Origin: Octopus bimaculoides
Taxonomy: Eukaryota
Length of the DNA: 63,946 bases
Reading direction: 5' to 3'
NCBI RefSeq assembly: GCF_001194135.2
Contig: NC_068995.1
Location: forward strand, 44,087,205-44,151,150
The notes under the pieces were generated by a model. That model was not told the origin of the DNA. It did not search any database and saw only the letters and a list, made by a program, of their open reading frames with translations. How positions within the stretch are numbered: the first letter of the stretch is position 1; each line of letters opens with the position of its first letter. Shown piece by piece: positions 12,089-24,520 of this stretch. The position numbers were made by a program, and so were the translations under genes.

Positions 12089-14134
12089 NNNNNNNNNNNN
12101 NNNNNNNNNNNNNNNNNNNNNNNNNNNNNNNNNNNNNNNNNNNNNNNNNNNNNNNNNNNNNNNNNNNNNNNNNNNNNNNNNNNNNNNNNNNNNNNNNNNN
12201 NNNNNNNNNNNNNNNNNNNNNNNNNNNNNNNNNNNNNNNNNNNNNNNNNNNNNNNNNNNNNNNNNNNNNNNNNNNNNNNNNNNNNNNNNNNNNNNNNNNN
12301 NNNNNNNNNNNNNNNNNNNNNNNNNNNNNNNNNNNNNNNNNNNNNNNNNNNNNNNNNNNNNNNNNNNNNNNNNNNNNNNNNNNNNNNNNNNNNNNNNNNN
12401 NNNNNNNNNNNNNNNNNNNNNNNNNNNNNNNNNNNNNNNNNNNNNNNNNNNNNNNNNNNNNNNNNNNNNNNNNNNNNNNNNNNNNNNNNNNNNNNNNNNN
12501 NNNNNNNNNNNNNNNNNNNNNNNNNNNNNNNNNNNNNNNNNNNNNNNNNNNNNNNNNNNNNNNNNNNNNNNNNNNNNNNNNNNNNNNNNNNNNNNNNNNN
12601 NNNNNNNNNNNNNNNNNNNNNNNNNNNNNNNNNNNNNNNNNNNNNNNNNNNNNNNNNNNNNNNNNNNNNNNNNNNNNNNNNNNNNNNNNNNNNNNNNNNN
12701 NNNNNNNNNNNNNNNNNNNNNNNNNNNNNNNNNNNNNNNNNNNNNNNNNNNNNNNNNNNNNNNNNNNNNNNNNNNNNNNNNNNNNNNNNNNNNNNNNNNN
12801 NNNNNNNNNNNNNNNNNNNNNNNNNNNNNNNNNNNNNNNNNNNNNNNNNNNNNNNNNNNNNNNNNNNNNNNNNNNNNNNNNNNNNNNNNNNNNNNNNNNN
12901 NNNNNNNNNNNNNNNNNNNNNNNNNNNNNNNNNNNNNNNNNNNNNNNNNNNNNNNNNNNNNNNNNNNNNNNNNNNNNNNNNNNNNNNNNNNNNNNNNNNN
13001 NNNNNNNNNNNNNNNNNNNNNNNNNNNNNNNNNNNNNNNNATATATATATATATATATATATAGTTGTTTTCAGTTTTATGACGCTTTATTGATACTTTA
13101 TGGGGGCCTAAAACCAAAATATACGCAGCTTTGAACACCATTAAATGTGCAAGATAGCAATATGGGAATCTAACGTGGTTAAGATATTGAGACATTATTC
13201 CTGTGGCAACCTGGCGTGTAACTAAATTACAAGTTGTATTCTATTATATTTTATTGTATATTATATATTACATTGTCCATACACTTATGTCCACCCTGCT
13301 GTTATCACAGAGTTCTTTCGTAATAATAAAGGCATTAAACCAGGATGTTGCTACATAGTCAGGTACATGTAATGTATTATACACACTTGATAAACCCACC
13401 GCCACCAGATACACATACATACAGGAACATTTCCCTGTTTTATCTGCGCGCGCAGAAACACACACATACACTCAAGCAGAGCACACATACACACATACAG
13501 CACACATACACACATACAGCACACATACACACACAAACACACACACACACTGAATGTAATCTGAATGAAATCTGCTGATGTTCAGCTTCAGCGGCAATTA
13601 GTCTAAAATCGGGTTCATTTACGGGGAATTATGAATAATGAATAATCTAAGGCTTCAGACAGTCACCTTTGCGTATGAAAAGTAATAAAATGTCTTATTT
13701 TATTGAAGTCAAGTCAATGAAATGAAATAAGCGGAGGAGTTCTATCGGAGAGGAGGGAGAAGTCGAGAGAGAGAGAGAGAAAGAGATGCGGTGTGAGAGG
13801 GCCAGCGAGGAGAACGAAACGAACAGGTAACTACCTTCTTCTTCCTTCTTGCTTCTCTCTAACCCTATCATCCTTTTCTCTTTTGATTTTCCCATTCTTA
13901 TTCCCTTTCGGCCCCATATCACTCCTTCATTTCGATTTCTTCTTACATACTTACCTGCAACATTATATTTCTCTATCTTTCTATCTTTAAAACTCAAAAG
14001 CCCCTCTACGTTAGATTCTTCATTTCTCACAGCAACTGAGTTTATCAAACTCTTCCATATTGATTATCACATACATTTGTATCCATCTGTGCCATACCCG
14101 CTGACCGACAGTCACGACCTGGTAAAACTTAAAA

Positions 14135-14410
14135 CAGTAGTTCCCAAACTTTTTCGGGCTGCCGCCCCCTTGGCACGCTGGGGTCCCACCACCATTTGCC
14201 ACCACAAACGTAGACCACCTTCTGCGCAAATTTAAAACAACTGTATTTCACAAATAAAACTTAACCTAATTAACCCATTATTGGGATTTTTTTACATCCG
14301 TTGTCCTCTTTTGGCCACCCTATTATCGCTTTACTTTTCTTCAACTTCCTCCACCCTGAATCCTTCGACAGTCCCTAAGAGCGTAGTACCGCCCAATTTA
14401 GGAACCACTC
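14135..14410. mobile_element. hAT (Charlie-like) MITE, full length 276 bp
   Basis: TIRs cagtagttcccaaact / aatttaggaaccactc (12/16) and an 8-bp TSD acttaaaa (14127-14134) / tcttaaaa (14411-14418). Confidence 0.8.
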
Positions 14411-14526
14411 TCTTAAAACATATCCACTAATAACAGAAACAATTACAGAATGAAATCCTAGTCGACATTATTGTCATTCTTTTATTTTACTAATTCTGCC
14501 ATTTTTAACTAATCCAAAATTTAATA

Positions 14527-14742
14527 TTAGTTTCAAATTTTAGCACAAGGCCAGCAAGATCGGAGAGGGAGCTAGTCGATTAGATCGACTCCAGGGCTCA
14601 ACTGTTATTTATGTTATCGACCCCCACTCGGAAGAAAGGCAAAGTCGACCCTTGTGGAATTTGAACTCAGAAGGTAAAGCCGGATGATATGTCGTTGAAC
14701 TTTTTGACCGGCACAGTAGAAATTCTGCCAGCTCGCCGCCCT
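14527..14742 (-). mobile_element. SINE-A copy
   Basis: Reverse head ggcggcgagctggcagaa (A box) and gagttcaaattcc (B box). Confidence 0.85.
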
Positions 14743-14949
14743 TAATCCAAGATTTAATTCTGATTTCAAATTTTGGCAAGGCCAGCAAGTTTCGATGATG
14801 ATATAACTAAAGCCAACTTTTAGATATTACCCTTAACTTACATAATGACTCGCATTTCCCATACCATAAACCCTCAACTAATTCAAAATATATTAGTGCG
14901 ACCGCACTAGTAGTGGTGGCGCGATAATAAGGACCCAAGATACACAGTA

Positions 14950-15092
14950 GAGTGGCTGGTGTCAGGAAGAGCATCAAGCCGTAGAAATCTTACCAAAACA
15001 GACGTTAGAGCACGGTGCAGTCCTCGGATTTTGTCAAAACCTCAAGGCCAAACCAGCATAAGACGTGAACGTTAAAAGATGATGATGATGAT
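14950..15092 (+). mobile_element. Retroposon 3' end with (GAT)n tail (RTE-associated type)
   Basis: tggtgtcaggaagagcatcaagccgtagaaa..gacgtgaacgttaaaa(gat)5. The family is recalled, not verified. Confidence 0.5.
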
Positions 15093-16111
15093 GGCATTAC
15101 TTAAGACACTCTCTTGGAATTCCGTGATGATACATTCTTCGCAACAATATTCATTATTGTAATTCTAGCATCTTGATGTTCTTCAGTAAGATATTCGACT
15201 GCAATAGCAATACCAGCCAGTAAACTGTACACCATAGCAAGAACATGTGTTTACAACGTATCCTATCAAGGGCATTACAGGTTAATCTCACTTGAGTTGT
15301 TTCACTGAAGATGCGGTTCTAAATGATCGTTAAAATACCAAAATTCTCCCAAATTAAGTACCAATTTCCGTAATTCCAGAACATTTACATTTCAGAGTCA
15401 CATGTGTTCCAGCATTAATTTAACTAAGAAACGCATTTCGTTTCTTCTAATTTTTACTAAATTAAATTAACTCGAAGTTGCATGGTGCTAAACAATTGAA
15501 TCAACTCGAAGTTAGATGGTGTCAACATCTTACAGATTTACTGTTCATCAGTTGTATTGATTGTTATCTCTCTAATCAATATCTTTTAGCAGTAACTATC
15601 TAGTGTATATCTACAAGCTTCCTTTCTCTGTATCTACCGATTGTGTTGTTTGTATGCGTGACAAGTTAACCTCTGTCTACCGTCAATAAAATACTGTATA
15701 TCTACAGACAGTTTATAAATAGGAGATATATAAATATCTCCCGGTTGAATTTAACTTTTCAAATCTGCAGACTGTATTTATCTAATGAACATTTAAAATT
15801 TCTGTTAAGAAAACATTTAATCAATATCTGGAATAAGTATAGTTTAGCTTACTTTAGCTGACAATTTCTATAAATAGCAATTCTATGACGACTTCCAACA
15901 TGTGAAAATGGATATGTATATATTGTTATATATTGGAGATTGTAAGCTATATAAATATCTGGATATCTGCCTACGTTATGAAGATGAAGGCTAATCCTGT
16001 GAGAAGGTGGTATTTATGATGCAGGATCTGCCACCAAGAAGACATAGTAAGGCCAACGACCTTTTGACTCGGATGATCCGCGAAAAAAGTACGGTTATGT
16101 ATATATATATA

Positions 16112-16308
16112 TTTTTCTTTTACTTCTTTGACTCATTTGAGCGCGGCCATGCTGGAGCACCGCCTTTAGTCGAGTAAATCGATCCCAAGACTTATTATTT
16201 ATAAGCCAAGTACTTATTCTATCGTTCTCTTTTACCAAACTGCTAAATTACGGGGACAAAATCAAGCAAACATCGGTTATCAAGCGATGGTGGGGGGACA
16301 AACACAGT
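16112..16308 (-). mobile_element. SINE-B 3' half
   Basis: gcggccatgctggagcaccgcctttagtcgagtaaatcgat..aagcgatggtggggggacaaacac. Confidence 0.85.
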
Positions 16309-16373
16309 TACACAAATACATACATACATACATACACACATACATACATATATGCATGCACGCATACATACAT

Positions 16374-16407
<34 letters not shown>

Positions 16408-16424
16408 CATATACATATATATAT

Positions 16425-16790
16425 ATTTGTTTCAGTCATTTGGCTGCGGCCATACTGGAGCACCGCCTTTAGTCGAGCAAATCGAGCCCAGGACTTATTC
16501 TTCATAAGCCTAGTACTTATTCTATCTTTTGCCCATTCGCTAAGTTACGGGGACGTAAACACACCAGCATCGGTTGTCAATCGATAGTGTGGGGGACAAA
16601 CACAGACACACAAGCATACACACATACACACACATACACACACATACATACACACACACACACATACACACACACACACAAACGCATATATATATTTATA
16701 TATATATACGACGAGCTTTCCGTATCCACCGACCAAATCCACTCACAAAGCATTGGTTGGCCCGAGGTTATAGTAGAAGACAAAATATAG
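16425..16790 (-). mobile_element. SINE-B, head truncated, internal (CA)/(TA) tract
   Basis: Tail and middle modules match the other copies. Confidence 0.85.
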
Positions 16791-16855
16791 TAGAAGGCAA
16801 AATAGACAAAATGTAAATGTTCATCCATCAGAACATACCTCATCCACAAAGAGCT

Positions 16856-18134
16856 TATGCTAATTAATCAAACCGTAATTTCTTTTTTATAAACTGAAGC
16901 TGACAAGTAAGAAAATCTCCCACACGAAATAGCCCCTTAGAAATGAATAAGAAAACACTATTTATAATCCTTATTTATTAATCAAAATAGATTGCATTAG
17001 ATTCAACAACTTTTTCCCCAATATATTGGGGGAAACTTTATTTTCTTCCTGCGAGAGAATCGTCTTTTGAAGCTATAAATCGTTCAAATGCTGTTATCAG
17101 TGCTTTCATACGTTTTGTAATGGTTGAAAAGTTCAAGATAGCAAGATAATAATAGTTTGTCGGCGGTAAGTCTGGAGATGGTGGATAACGATCTAATATT
17201 TCATAATTAAGCTACTGTAGCTTTGCTTTGGTCTGATTTTCGATGGTGAGAGTCTGCCATAGTCATGCTTGTTTATACTTGATCTTTCCTGCCTAATTTA
17301 GAATTCATTTCCTCGCTTTGCTGACAGAAGGAGTGAGATGTTAATGTCTCTCTTGGCTACAGAAACGAATAATGGATGATTCCTCGACAGTACCACGAAG
17401 CAGTAACCATAAACTTTGCGGAATGTAAAAAGAGTGAAAAGTGTTCAGGTGGCTCTTCAGCATCTAGCTATTGGAAAGATCTTTTGTTGCTGTCATGTAG
17501 GACTCATTTTTCATAACAAGTCCCCGTTCATTTCGCGCAAAAAGAAAAGAGCAAACTCTTAAAACGACGTATTTCGTTTGTAGCGTTAATTCATGTGGAA
17601 CAAATTTATCCATCTTTTTTCTCACTTTACCGCGATCGTTGCAAGATGATATCCTACAGATGATTTCGAAATTTTTAACTTATTGAGAAGAGCTCGAACA
17701 GTAATCCTAAGATTAGCCTCCACTGTGTATTTCAATATTTCATTATTGACCACTGTTGGACGGCGTCCACAGGGTTAATTTTTCAGACACACGCCTCCAG
17801 ACCGAAATTTCTTGAACCATATTTTTCTTGTTATTGCTGCGCAACTTCCCACCTCAAATGAACCATTGACGTTCTTAACAACTTGAGATGCATTTTCACC
17901 GGGTTTAAACACATATAAAAACAAGCGTCTGATTTCTTTTCCAGATAGTATCTGCAAAAGCGAAGGAAGAACATTAAAATCAACATATGATCAACGATAC
18001 ATCTAGGACTTTCTAAAATTGTGAAACCGGGGAAATATTATAGAAAAATGCATAGGAAGAATTGATGCTTGAAATTTACCAGACGTACATTCACAAAGTA
18101 AATTTTAGAAAGTAAATTCATGTGAGGCAACCTA
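16856..18134 (-). mobile_element. Near full-length decayed mariner transposon (~1.28 kb); transposase pseudogene 16978-17957
   Basis: N-terminus KEIRRLFLYVFKPGENASQVVKNVNGSF..WFKKFRSG (Hsmar1-like HTH), DKFVPHELT (WVPHEL motif, ~17600), YPPSPDLPPTNY (YSPDL motif, ~17170) and C-terminus VVESNAIYFD*. Many stops and frameshifts; the TIRs are only faintly visible. Confidence 0.85.
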
Positions 18135-18167
18135 CTTTATATGTATAAATATATAGGCGCAGGAGTG

Positions 18168-18640
18168 GAGGATGGAAAAGAGGCCCTCCCTGCTAAGTCA
18201 AAGGCCTTTGTCAGGTCTATGAATGCGATGTACAGAGGCTGTTGTTGCTCTCTGCATTTCTCCTGCAGCTGCCTGAGAGAGAAGACTATATCGATGGTTG
18301 ATCTGTTAGCACGGAAGGCACAGTGGAATTCTGGATAGACTCTCACAGCGAGAACTTGAAGCCTCTTCAGTACAACTCTAGCAAACAATTTGCCAGAGAT
18401 ACTAAGGAGAGAGATACCGCGATAGTTGTTGCCAGGTGGTTTGCCAGAGGCAACTGACTAGAGCATTTCAATGAACTCTTCAACTGATGGTTCGTTGTCA
18501 AGTTTCTCAATGATTTGCAAGCACACAATGGCGTACAGAGCATTTTTTGTTAACTTTGTTTTCTCCGGCATACAGTTCGGAGTAGTGCTCTACCCAAAGC
18601 TTCATCTGTTGTTCTTTGTTCTAGATGATCTCACTCTTGA

Positions 18641-18642
<2 letters not shown>
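18168..18642 (-). mobile_element. RTE-clade (BovB-like) LINE reverse-transcriptase fragment
   Basis: WVEHYSELY..GKPPG|NNYRGISLLSISGKLFARVVLKRLQ..FRANRSTIDIVFSLRQLQEKCREQQQPLYIAFIDLTKAFD. Confidence 0.9.
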
Positions 18643-18671
<29 letters not shown>

Positions 18672-18681
18672 NNNNNNNNNN

Positions 18682-18720
<39 letters not shown>

Positions 18721-19844
18721 ACTCATGTATACTTATGTGTGTTCGTTATGTTTATGTACCTGTATAATAAGCTAAATATTTTTTAAATAACAAGTTAATA
18801 TGCATGTGTACATATATGTGTGTGCGTGTGTACATATATATATAGAGAGACAGAGAAAGAGAGAGGGAGACAAAGAAAAAGATAATGAGAGAGAGGGAGA
18901 GAGTAATGGAAAATGGAGAATATGCATATGTATGTGCGTTTTCGTTTCTCGTTTTTGTACGTGTGTTAGTCTATATGCTAGATGTACTGATTAGTGCGAT
19001 ACAACCAGCTGAGAAGAGCAAAATCACATCTACAGACGCTATATGAAACTACAAAATGAGCAACAGTATTATTTACCGCTGAGCTACAAGAAAACTAACA
19101 AGAAAAACAAATATGACAGTGGTAACAATAAACAGCATAATCACCAATAAGTACAAGAAAATAAAGAAGAAAAACAACACAAATGATATGTAGATGGGGA
19201 AAATGTTTGCTGTTGTAATAAAGATTTGTGAATACTGAAATTCTCATGAGTATTGTGATTATGCTAACAAAGAATATAAGAATTGTTTACTACTATGGAG
19301 GAGTTGATGTACTTTACATAGCCTCTGTTGAAACGTTATATTTGAAAACTTTTTTTTTTTCTGAAGCGTATTTAATCACCTGAACACAAAAGACTATTTT
19401 GTCTTTATGTGATGTCGAAGACAATACTTATATATTGCAGTCGTCACAAACAATAGCTTCGCATGCAAATCGCTCGTGGCAAATCTCGGTCTCCCAGTGC
19501 GTTACTAGAACGTTAATTGCCACTCAGCCCCTCCTCTCCTTTTGTATCGAAGTAAAATTAAAAGGAATTGTGGGTAAAAAATGCTTGCGTATTTTACTTG
19601 TATGGCATATAACCATGTCACTTGGATCACTGATTGAACAAAAATAGTTTCCGCTCCCTATTTCATAGTTGAGGGGCTAGTGGTTAGATGTGGGTATACA
19701 ACTATCCACTAACACAGCAAACAACAACAAACAAATGAGCGAACGAACGAATGAACACACACTCATGTTATTCATTCGTACTGCTCTTCATAGTTTTGTT
19801 TTGTATTGTTTGAAATGTAAAATAATATCTTCTTAAATAAACAT

Positions 19845-20020
19845 AGACGCAAGTATAACTATAAGACTAAGAACTTCACCTCATAACCTCGTACTTCGGT
19901 GTTCAATCCTACTACGTAGAGTTTTGTGTGTATTCTACTATAATCCCGAACCGACTAGTATCTTTTGAGTGAATTTGGTAGAGTGGAAACGTGTCGAAGC
20001 CCATGGACTATACATGTATA
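19845..20020 (+). mobile_element. SINE-B 5' module, heavily decayed
   Basis: gtgttcaatcctact..ttctactataatcccgaaccgac..gagtgaatttggtagagtggaaac. Confidence 0.55.
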
Positions 20021-20720
20021 TATGTATGCGCACACCTTTGTGTTTGCCTTTCCACTAACGCTTGACGACTGTTCTTTGGTTACAGGGTTACACCCCCGGC
20101 AAATAGAGACACTGCTTCAATACGGCTACAGTCCAATGGTTAAAACTAGTAAAAGAATAAGAGAATACCAACTGTGTCTACTTATCAAAGAGAGGTTAAG
20201 GATATATACCTTATGCTTCAAATCATACATATAGTATAAACTAACATGGTACTCGTCAAAAATGACGAGATCTGTTTCCGACCCCTTTCTCTTTCCGATC
20301 TCTATACATCCGTAGATTTCTTTATCCAGTGTAACAAACAGAAGAAAATTAACAAACAAAAATATATGTAAATCTGATAAAATAACTTTGTTATGTAAGT
20401 ACTTTCCAACACAATAGTTTAATGTATTTGGTTATAATATTGTTCTTAGAGTCACATTTTGAACTAAAATTCCAACTTATTTTCATGTTGTGTATTCAAT
20501 ATCAACGATCGGCTTCATCCTATGTTGAACTGTATTCTCTTGTCTTCTCAGTGTTATGGTTCAGGTTTGGTTTTCTGTTTCTGTATATTTATATTTCACT
20601 ACAAATGCTTTAAATATATTATCATTTATTTATTGACTCAATCAGCAGATAAGATTGATGAACAGACACCTTGTACGCGTATGTGCTTCAATACAAGTGA
20701 ATCTGTATAACGTGTGCGTG

Positions 20721-20766
<46 letters not shown>

Positions 20767-21249
20767 TGTGTGTGTGTTTTTACACACCTGGGTCTATAAA
20801 AATAAATACGTGTGCGTATGGAAGTGTGTTGTAATGATTAGGTTATTATATATTTATTAACTTAAACAACAGAATCAGTTAAATGAATAAATAATTAGCG
20901 CACATATGTGTAAATAAGCAAATGATTCTGTATAGACAGTGTAGAGGAGTTTAAACCTGTACAAGTGAAAATATAGAAAATGCATCTATGTAAGACTCTT
21001 CACGTAGGTATGTATATATATATATATATATATATNNNNNNNNNNNNNNNNNNNNNNNNNNNNNNNNNNNNNNNNNNNNNNNNNNNNNNNNNNNNNNNNN
21101 NNNNNNNNNNNNNNNNNNNNNNNNNNNNNNNNNNNNNNNNNNNNNNNNNNNNNNNNNNNNNNNNNNNNNNNNNNNNNNNNNNNNNNNNNNNNNNNNNNNN
21201 NNNNNNNNNNNNNNNNNNNNNNNNNNNNNNNNNNNNNNNNNNTATATAT

Positions 21250-21357
21250 TTGAAATTTACAGATAAACAAAAGACAAAGATAGGTGTATGAACAACAAGC
21301 AAGTGTATTAGTTTAACGCTTGGCAAAAATGAAAAAAGTCTTTCACGTTTCGAGCCT
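21250..21357 (-). mobile_element. PLE-like terminal repeat family E, truncated inside its hammerhead-like hairpin
   Basis: tgtattagtttaacgct..aaaaagtctttcacgtttcgagccta is shared with 21900-22030 and 35157-35280. Confidence 0.65.
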
Positions 21358-21580
21358 ATATATAGGTTAAATAAAATGAGACAACAAAACCAAGGCTGTG
21401 TGGAATTTATAAGGAGATTTATAAAGAGAAAGGTAGTCTTACAGCTCTTTCTTGGATATTAGGGATATCTCTTCATCAGAGACGATATTCGAGAGTTAAC
21501 TAGAGGGAAATGGTAGAGTTCAATATTAGGAGTTATTTTGGCAAAGGATGGATATAGGAAGCATAAAGGGGAAAAAGAGA
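21358..21580 (-). mobile_element. PLE-like terminal repeat starting at tatata
   Basis: Contains the hammerhead motif at 21436-21483. Confidence 0.55.
21436..21483 (-). ncRNA. Type I hammerhead motif with one stem III mismatch
   Basis: gtct-CTGATGA-aga gatat(ccct a)atatc caa-GAAA-gagctg-TA-agac. gagctg is a one-base variant of the palindromic cagctg seen at 50074. Confidence 0.65.
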
Positions 21581-21750
21581 ATAAAAATAAAAGTAAAAGT
21601 AAAAATATATGTAGGATGCTGCAGTTGCATTATCCATGGAAAGTGTGATTGTTCCTTAATAATTTTTTCTCCCTCATAGTTTTTGTATTCATTGACATTA
21701 TTGATATTATTTTTATGCATTCTCTTTCTATTTCCTTAATATCGTAACCC

Positions 21751-21781
<31 letters not shown>

Positions 21782-21784
<3 letters not shown>

Positions 21785-21882
21785 TTCACCTATGGTGAAA
21801 TTTACCATGGTGGAATATACCGTGGTGGAATTTACCTATGGGGTAACTTACCTGGTAGAATTTTCTGTGGTGGAATTTACCG
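21782..21882. repeat. Degenerate ~14-15-bp minisatellite with dyad units (GGTGGAATTTACC)
   Basis: About 7 units; perfect hairpin aatttcacc-tat-ggtgaaatt at 21782-21802. Confidence 0.8.
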
Positions 21883-21899
21883 GTCAACTGTGGTGTAGG

Positions 21900-22030
21900 A
21901 ACAACAAACCGGTGTATTAATTTCACGCTCGGGAAAAATTGAAAAGTCGTTTACGTTTCGAGCATATGCTCTTCGACACAAAGGAATAAGAGGGGGAAAA
22001 TGGAGAGAGAATGAAAAAAACTGAGAGAGA
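21900..22030 (-). mobile_element. PLE-like terminal repeat family E with variant hammerhead-like motif (21948-21983)
   Basis: Reverse strand reads cttt-GTGTCGA-a-gagc(atat)gctc-GAAA-cg-TA-aacg. Confidence 0.6.
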
Positions 22031-22072
22031 AAAAACACTGTAGATTTCTGCAGTCTAGCATGGCGTATGATC

Positions 22073-22107
<35 letters not shown>

Positions 22108-23329
22108 NNNNNNNNNNNNNNNNNNNNNNNNNNNNNNNNNNNNNNNNNNNNNNNNNNNNNNNNNNNNNNNNNNNNNNNNNNNNNNNNNNNNNNNNNNNNN
22201 NNNNNNNNNNNNNNNNNNNNNNNNNNNNNNNNNNNNNNNNNNNNNNNNNNNNNNNNNNNNNNNNNNNNNNNNNNNNNNNNNNNNNNNNNNNNNNNNNNNN
22301 NNNNNNNNNNNNNNNNNNNNNNNNNNNNNNNNNNNNNNNNNNNNNNNNNNNNNNNNNNNNNNNNNNNNNNNNNNNNNNNNNNNNNNNNNNNNNNNNNNNN
22401 NNNNNNNNNNNNNNNNNNNNNNNNNNNNNNNNNNNNNNNNNNNNNNNNNNNNNNNNNNNNNNNNNNNNNNNNNNNNNNNNNNNNNNNNNNNNNNNNNNNN
22501 NNNNNNNNNNNNNNNNNNNNNNNNNNNNNNNNNNNNNNNNNNNNNNNNNNNNNNNNNNNNNNNNNNNNNNNNNNNNNNNNNNNNNNNNNNNNNNNNNNNN
22601 NNNNNNNNNNNNNNNNNNNNNNNNNNNNNNNNNNNNNNNNNNNNNNNNNNNNNNNNNNNNNNNNNNNNNNNNNNNNNNNNNNNNNNNNNNNNNNNNNNNN
22701 NNNNNNNNNNNNNNNNNNNNNNNNNNNNNNNNNNNNNNNNNNNNNNNNNNNNNNNNNNNNNNNNNNNNNNNNNNNNNNNNNNNNNNNNNNNNNNNNNNNN
22801 NNNNNNNNNNNNNNNNNNNNNNNNNNNNNNNNNNNNNNNNNNNNNNNNNNNNNNNNNNNNNNNNNNNNNNNNNNNNNNNNNNNNNNNNNNNNNNNNNNNN
22901 NNNNNNNNNNNNNNNNNNNNNNNNNNNNNNNNNNNNNNNNNNNNNNNNNNNNNNNNNNNNNNNNNNNNNNNNNNATATATATATATATATATATACATAT
23001 ATACATATATATATACATATACGAGCATACATAAATATACATATAAACATATTTGTATAGATGTATTTGCAAAAGTGTAGACATCCGGACAAATGTTTTA
23101 ATGTATTCATGGATGAATACTCTCTATTTACTCATTTCTGTCCAAGATTTTTCTGTAAATATTGATGTTTGAACTGAAAGAACTTATAAAACATTTGATA
23201 TTTTCTGTCGGAACACATTAAGCGTTGCGCACTTAATAAAATAAAATAAAAATCTTCGAAACGAAACAAGATTAACGCACAAACACTCATGTTTATATAG
23301 ATATGATATGCATACATGAACATTATCCG

Positions 23330-23332
<3 letters not shown>

Positions 23333-23408
<76 letters not shown>
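23333..23408. repeat. (GATA)n microsatellite
   Basis: Direct reading. Confidence 0.95.
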
Positions 23409-24059
23409 TACTCACGTTCATAAACTGATGTGCATACGAAGCTTTTACCGTTGCTGCTTCTGATGGGATCTTAAGTTCTAGTATTATTTATGTTAAATAT
23501 ATTGATTAAATTATCAAGAATTTTGTACATACACACAAGTATGCGCGCGCACGAGTGTGTGTGTGTGTGCGTGTGAGACGGGTTTTAGCTTACCTTGGAT
23601 TTCAAAGAAAAAGAAGAATGTGTAAAGGTCGGCAAATCAGTTGGTTAATATTCAGTGTTAATGAACGATAAACCACCGAAAATACGTGGTCGCGTGCCAA
23701 CGTTAGAAAATCAATATGAAAAGACATTAAATCTTCAGATCTTTCTGTTAAATTATGACGTTTCGAAAGTTTTCCATATTTAAATGTGTAATTAATCGAT
23801 TGGATTTCGAAATATCATATCAATCACTTTTATTATAGCTTTGAGAATCTCCCAACATCTCAAGGTTAATACATTTGATAACATGATTGAGTGAAACACT
23901 GTACGCAACATTAATGTGCTGAGATGAAACATTGATACACTGATATAAGGCGTTTATATACAGAAAGATAGCATTTATCAGCGATGTGAGAGTATATGCA
24001 GGACAATAATGCACAATATATAAAACATCAATGTACAGAAGAAATAGTGTGGAAAGCAG

Positions 24060-24520
24060 AACGGAGTCTTTAGATTAACCGACGGCACACACTATAGTGA
24101 GACGATTTTAAATGAATATTTCTGATCCAGGAGCTCAGTTACCCTACAAAGTTCTCTCTGGGTGAACAGAGACTTGTGAGAGGAATAGCTTAGCTAGGAA
24201 GGTTTTGCGCTTTTCATGGGCAAAGATTTTGATAGTGTAGAGAGTAACAACGCTTTCACCGATCCTGAGTGGCACAAGAGTGATATGTGCTTGGTTTTAT
24301 AGAAACTGTACAGTTACTCAGTTGAGCGAAAGAATCAATGGAAAAAAATGATAATTATTTACAAAGGTTTTCATCTCCTTTGGGGTTTTTTAACGTGAGG
24401 GCAATACAAAGTTAATCGGCAGAGACAAAGAAGTTGCCCTAGATGAGTTATGTGCACTGAGCTAAACAGCCATCTTGAATGTTGCTAGAAAAGATAATTA
24501 AAAAAACTCCTGGTGGTTGA
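24060..24520 (-). mobile_element. Possible decayed L1-type AP-endonuclease fragment
   Basis: Weak reading ESVVTLYTIKIFAHEKRKTFLAKL..L*GN*APG, loosely like the VYAP..RKxFF..GDFN layout. Confidence 0.2.

Noticed and set aside
13268-13471. 67-aa ORF with a GPCR-like hydrophobic look
   Set aside because: It starts in microsatellite, lacks family motifs and has no splice support.
15540-15552. Extra CTGATGA/CTGAAGA strings (also near 15182, 15305, 23740, 33675, 36340, 41230, 49600, 53265, 63752)
   Set aside because: No correctly placed GAAA, or the stems do not pair; these 7-mers are expected by chance.
16027-16090. Possible exon DLPPRRHSKANDLLTRMIREK
   Set aside because: Weak acceptor and donor, and no recognisable homology.
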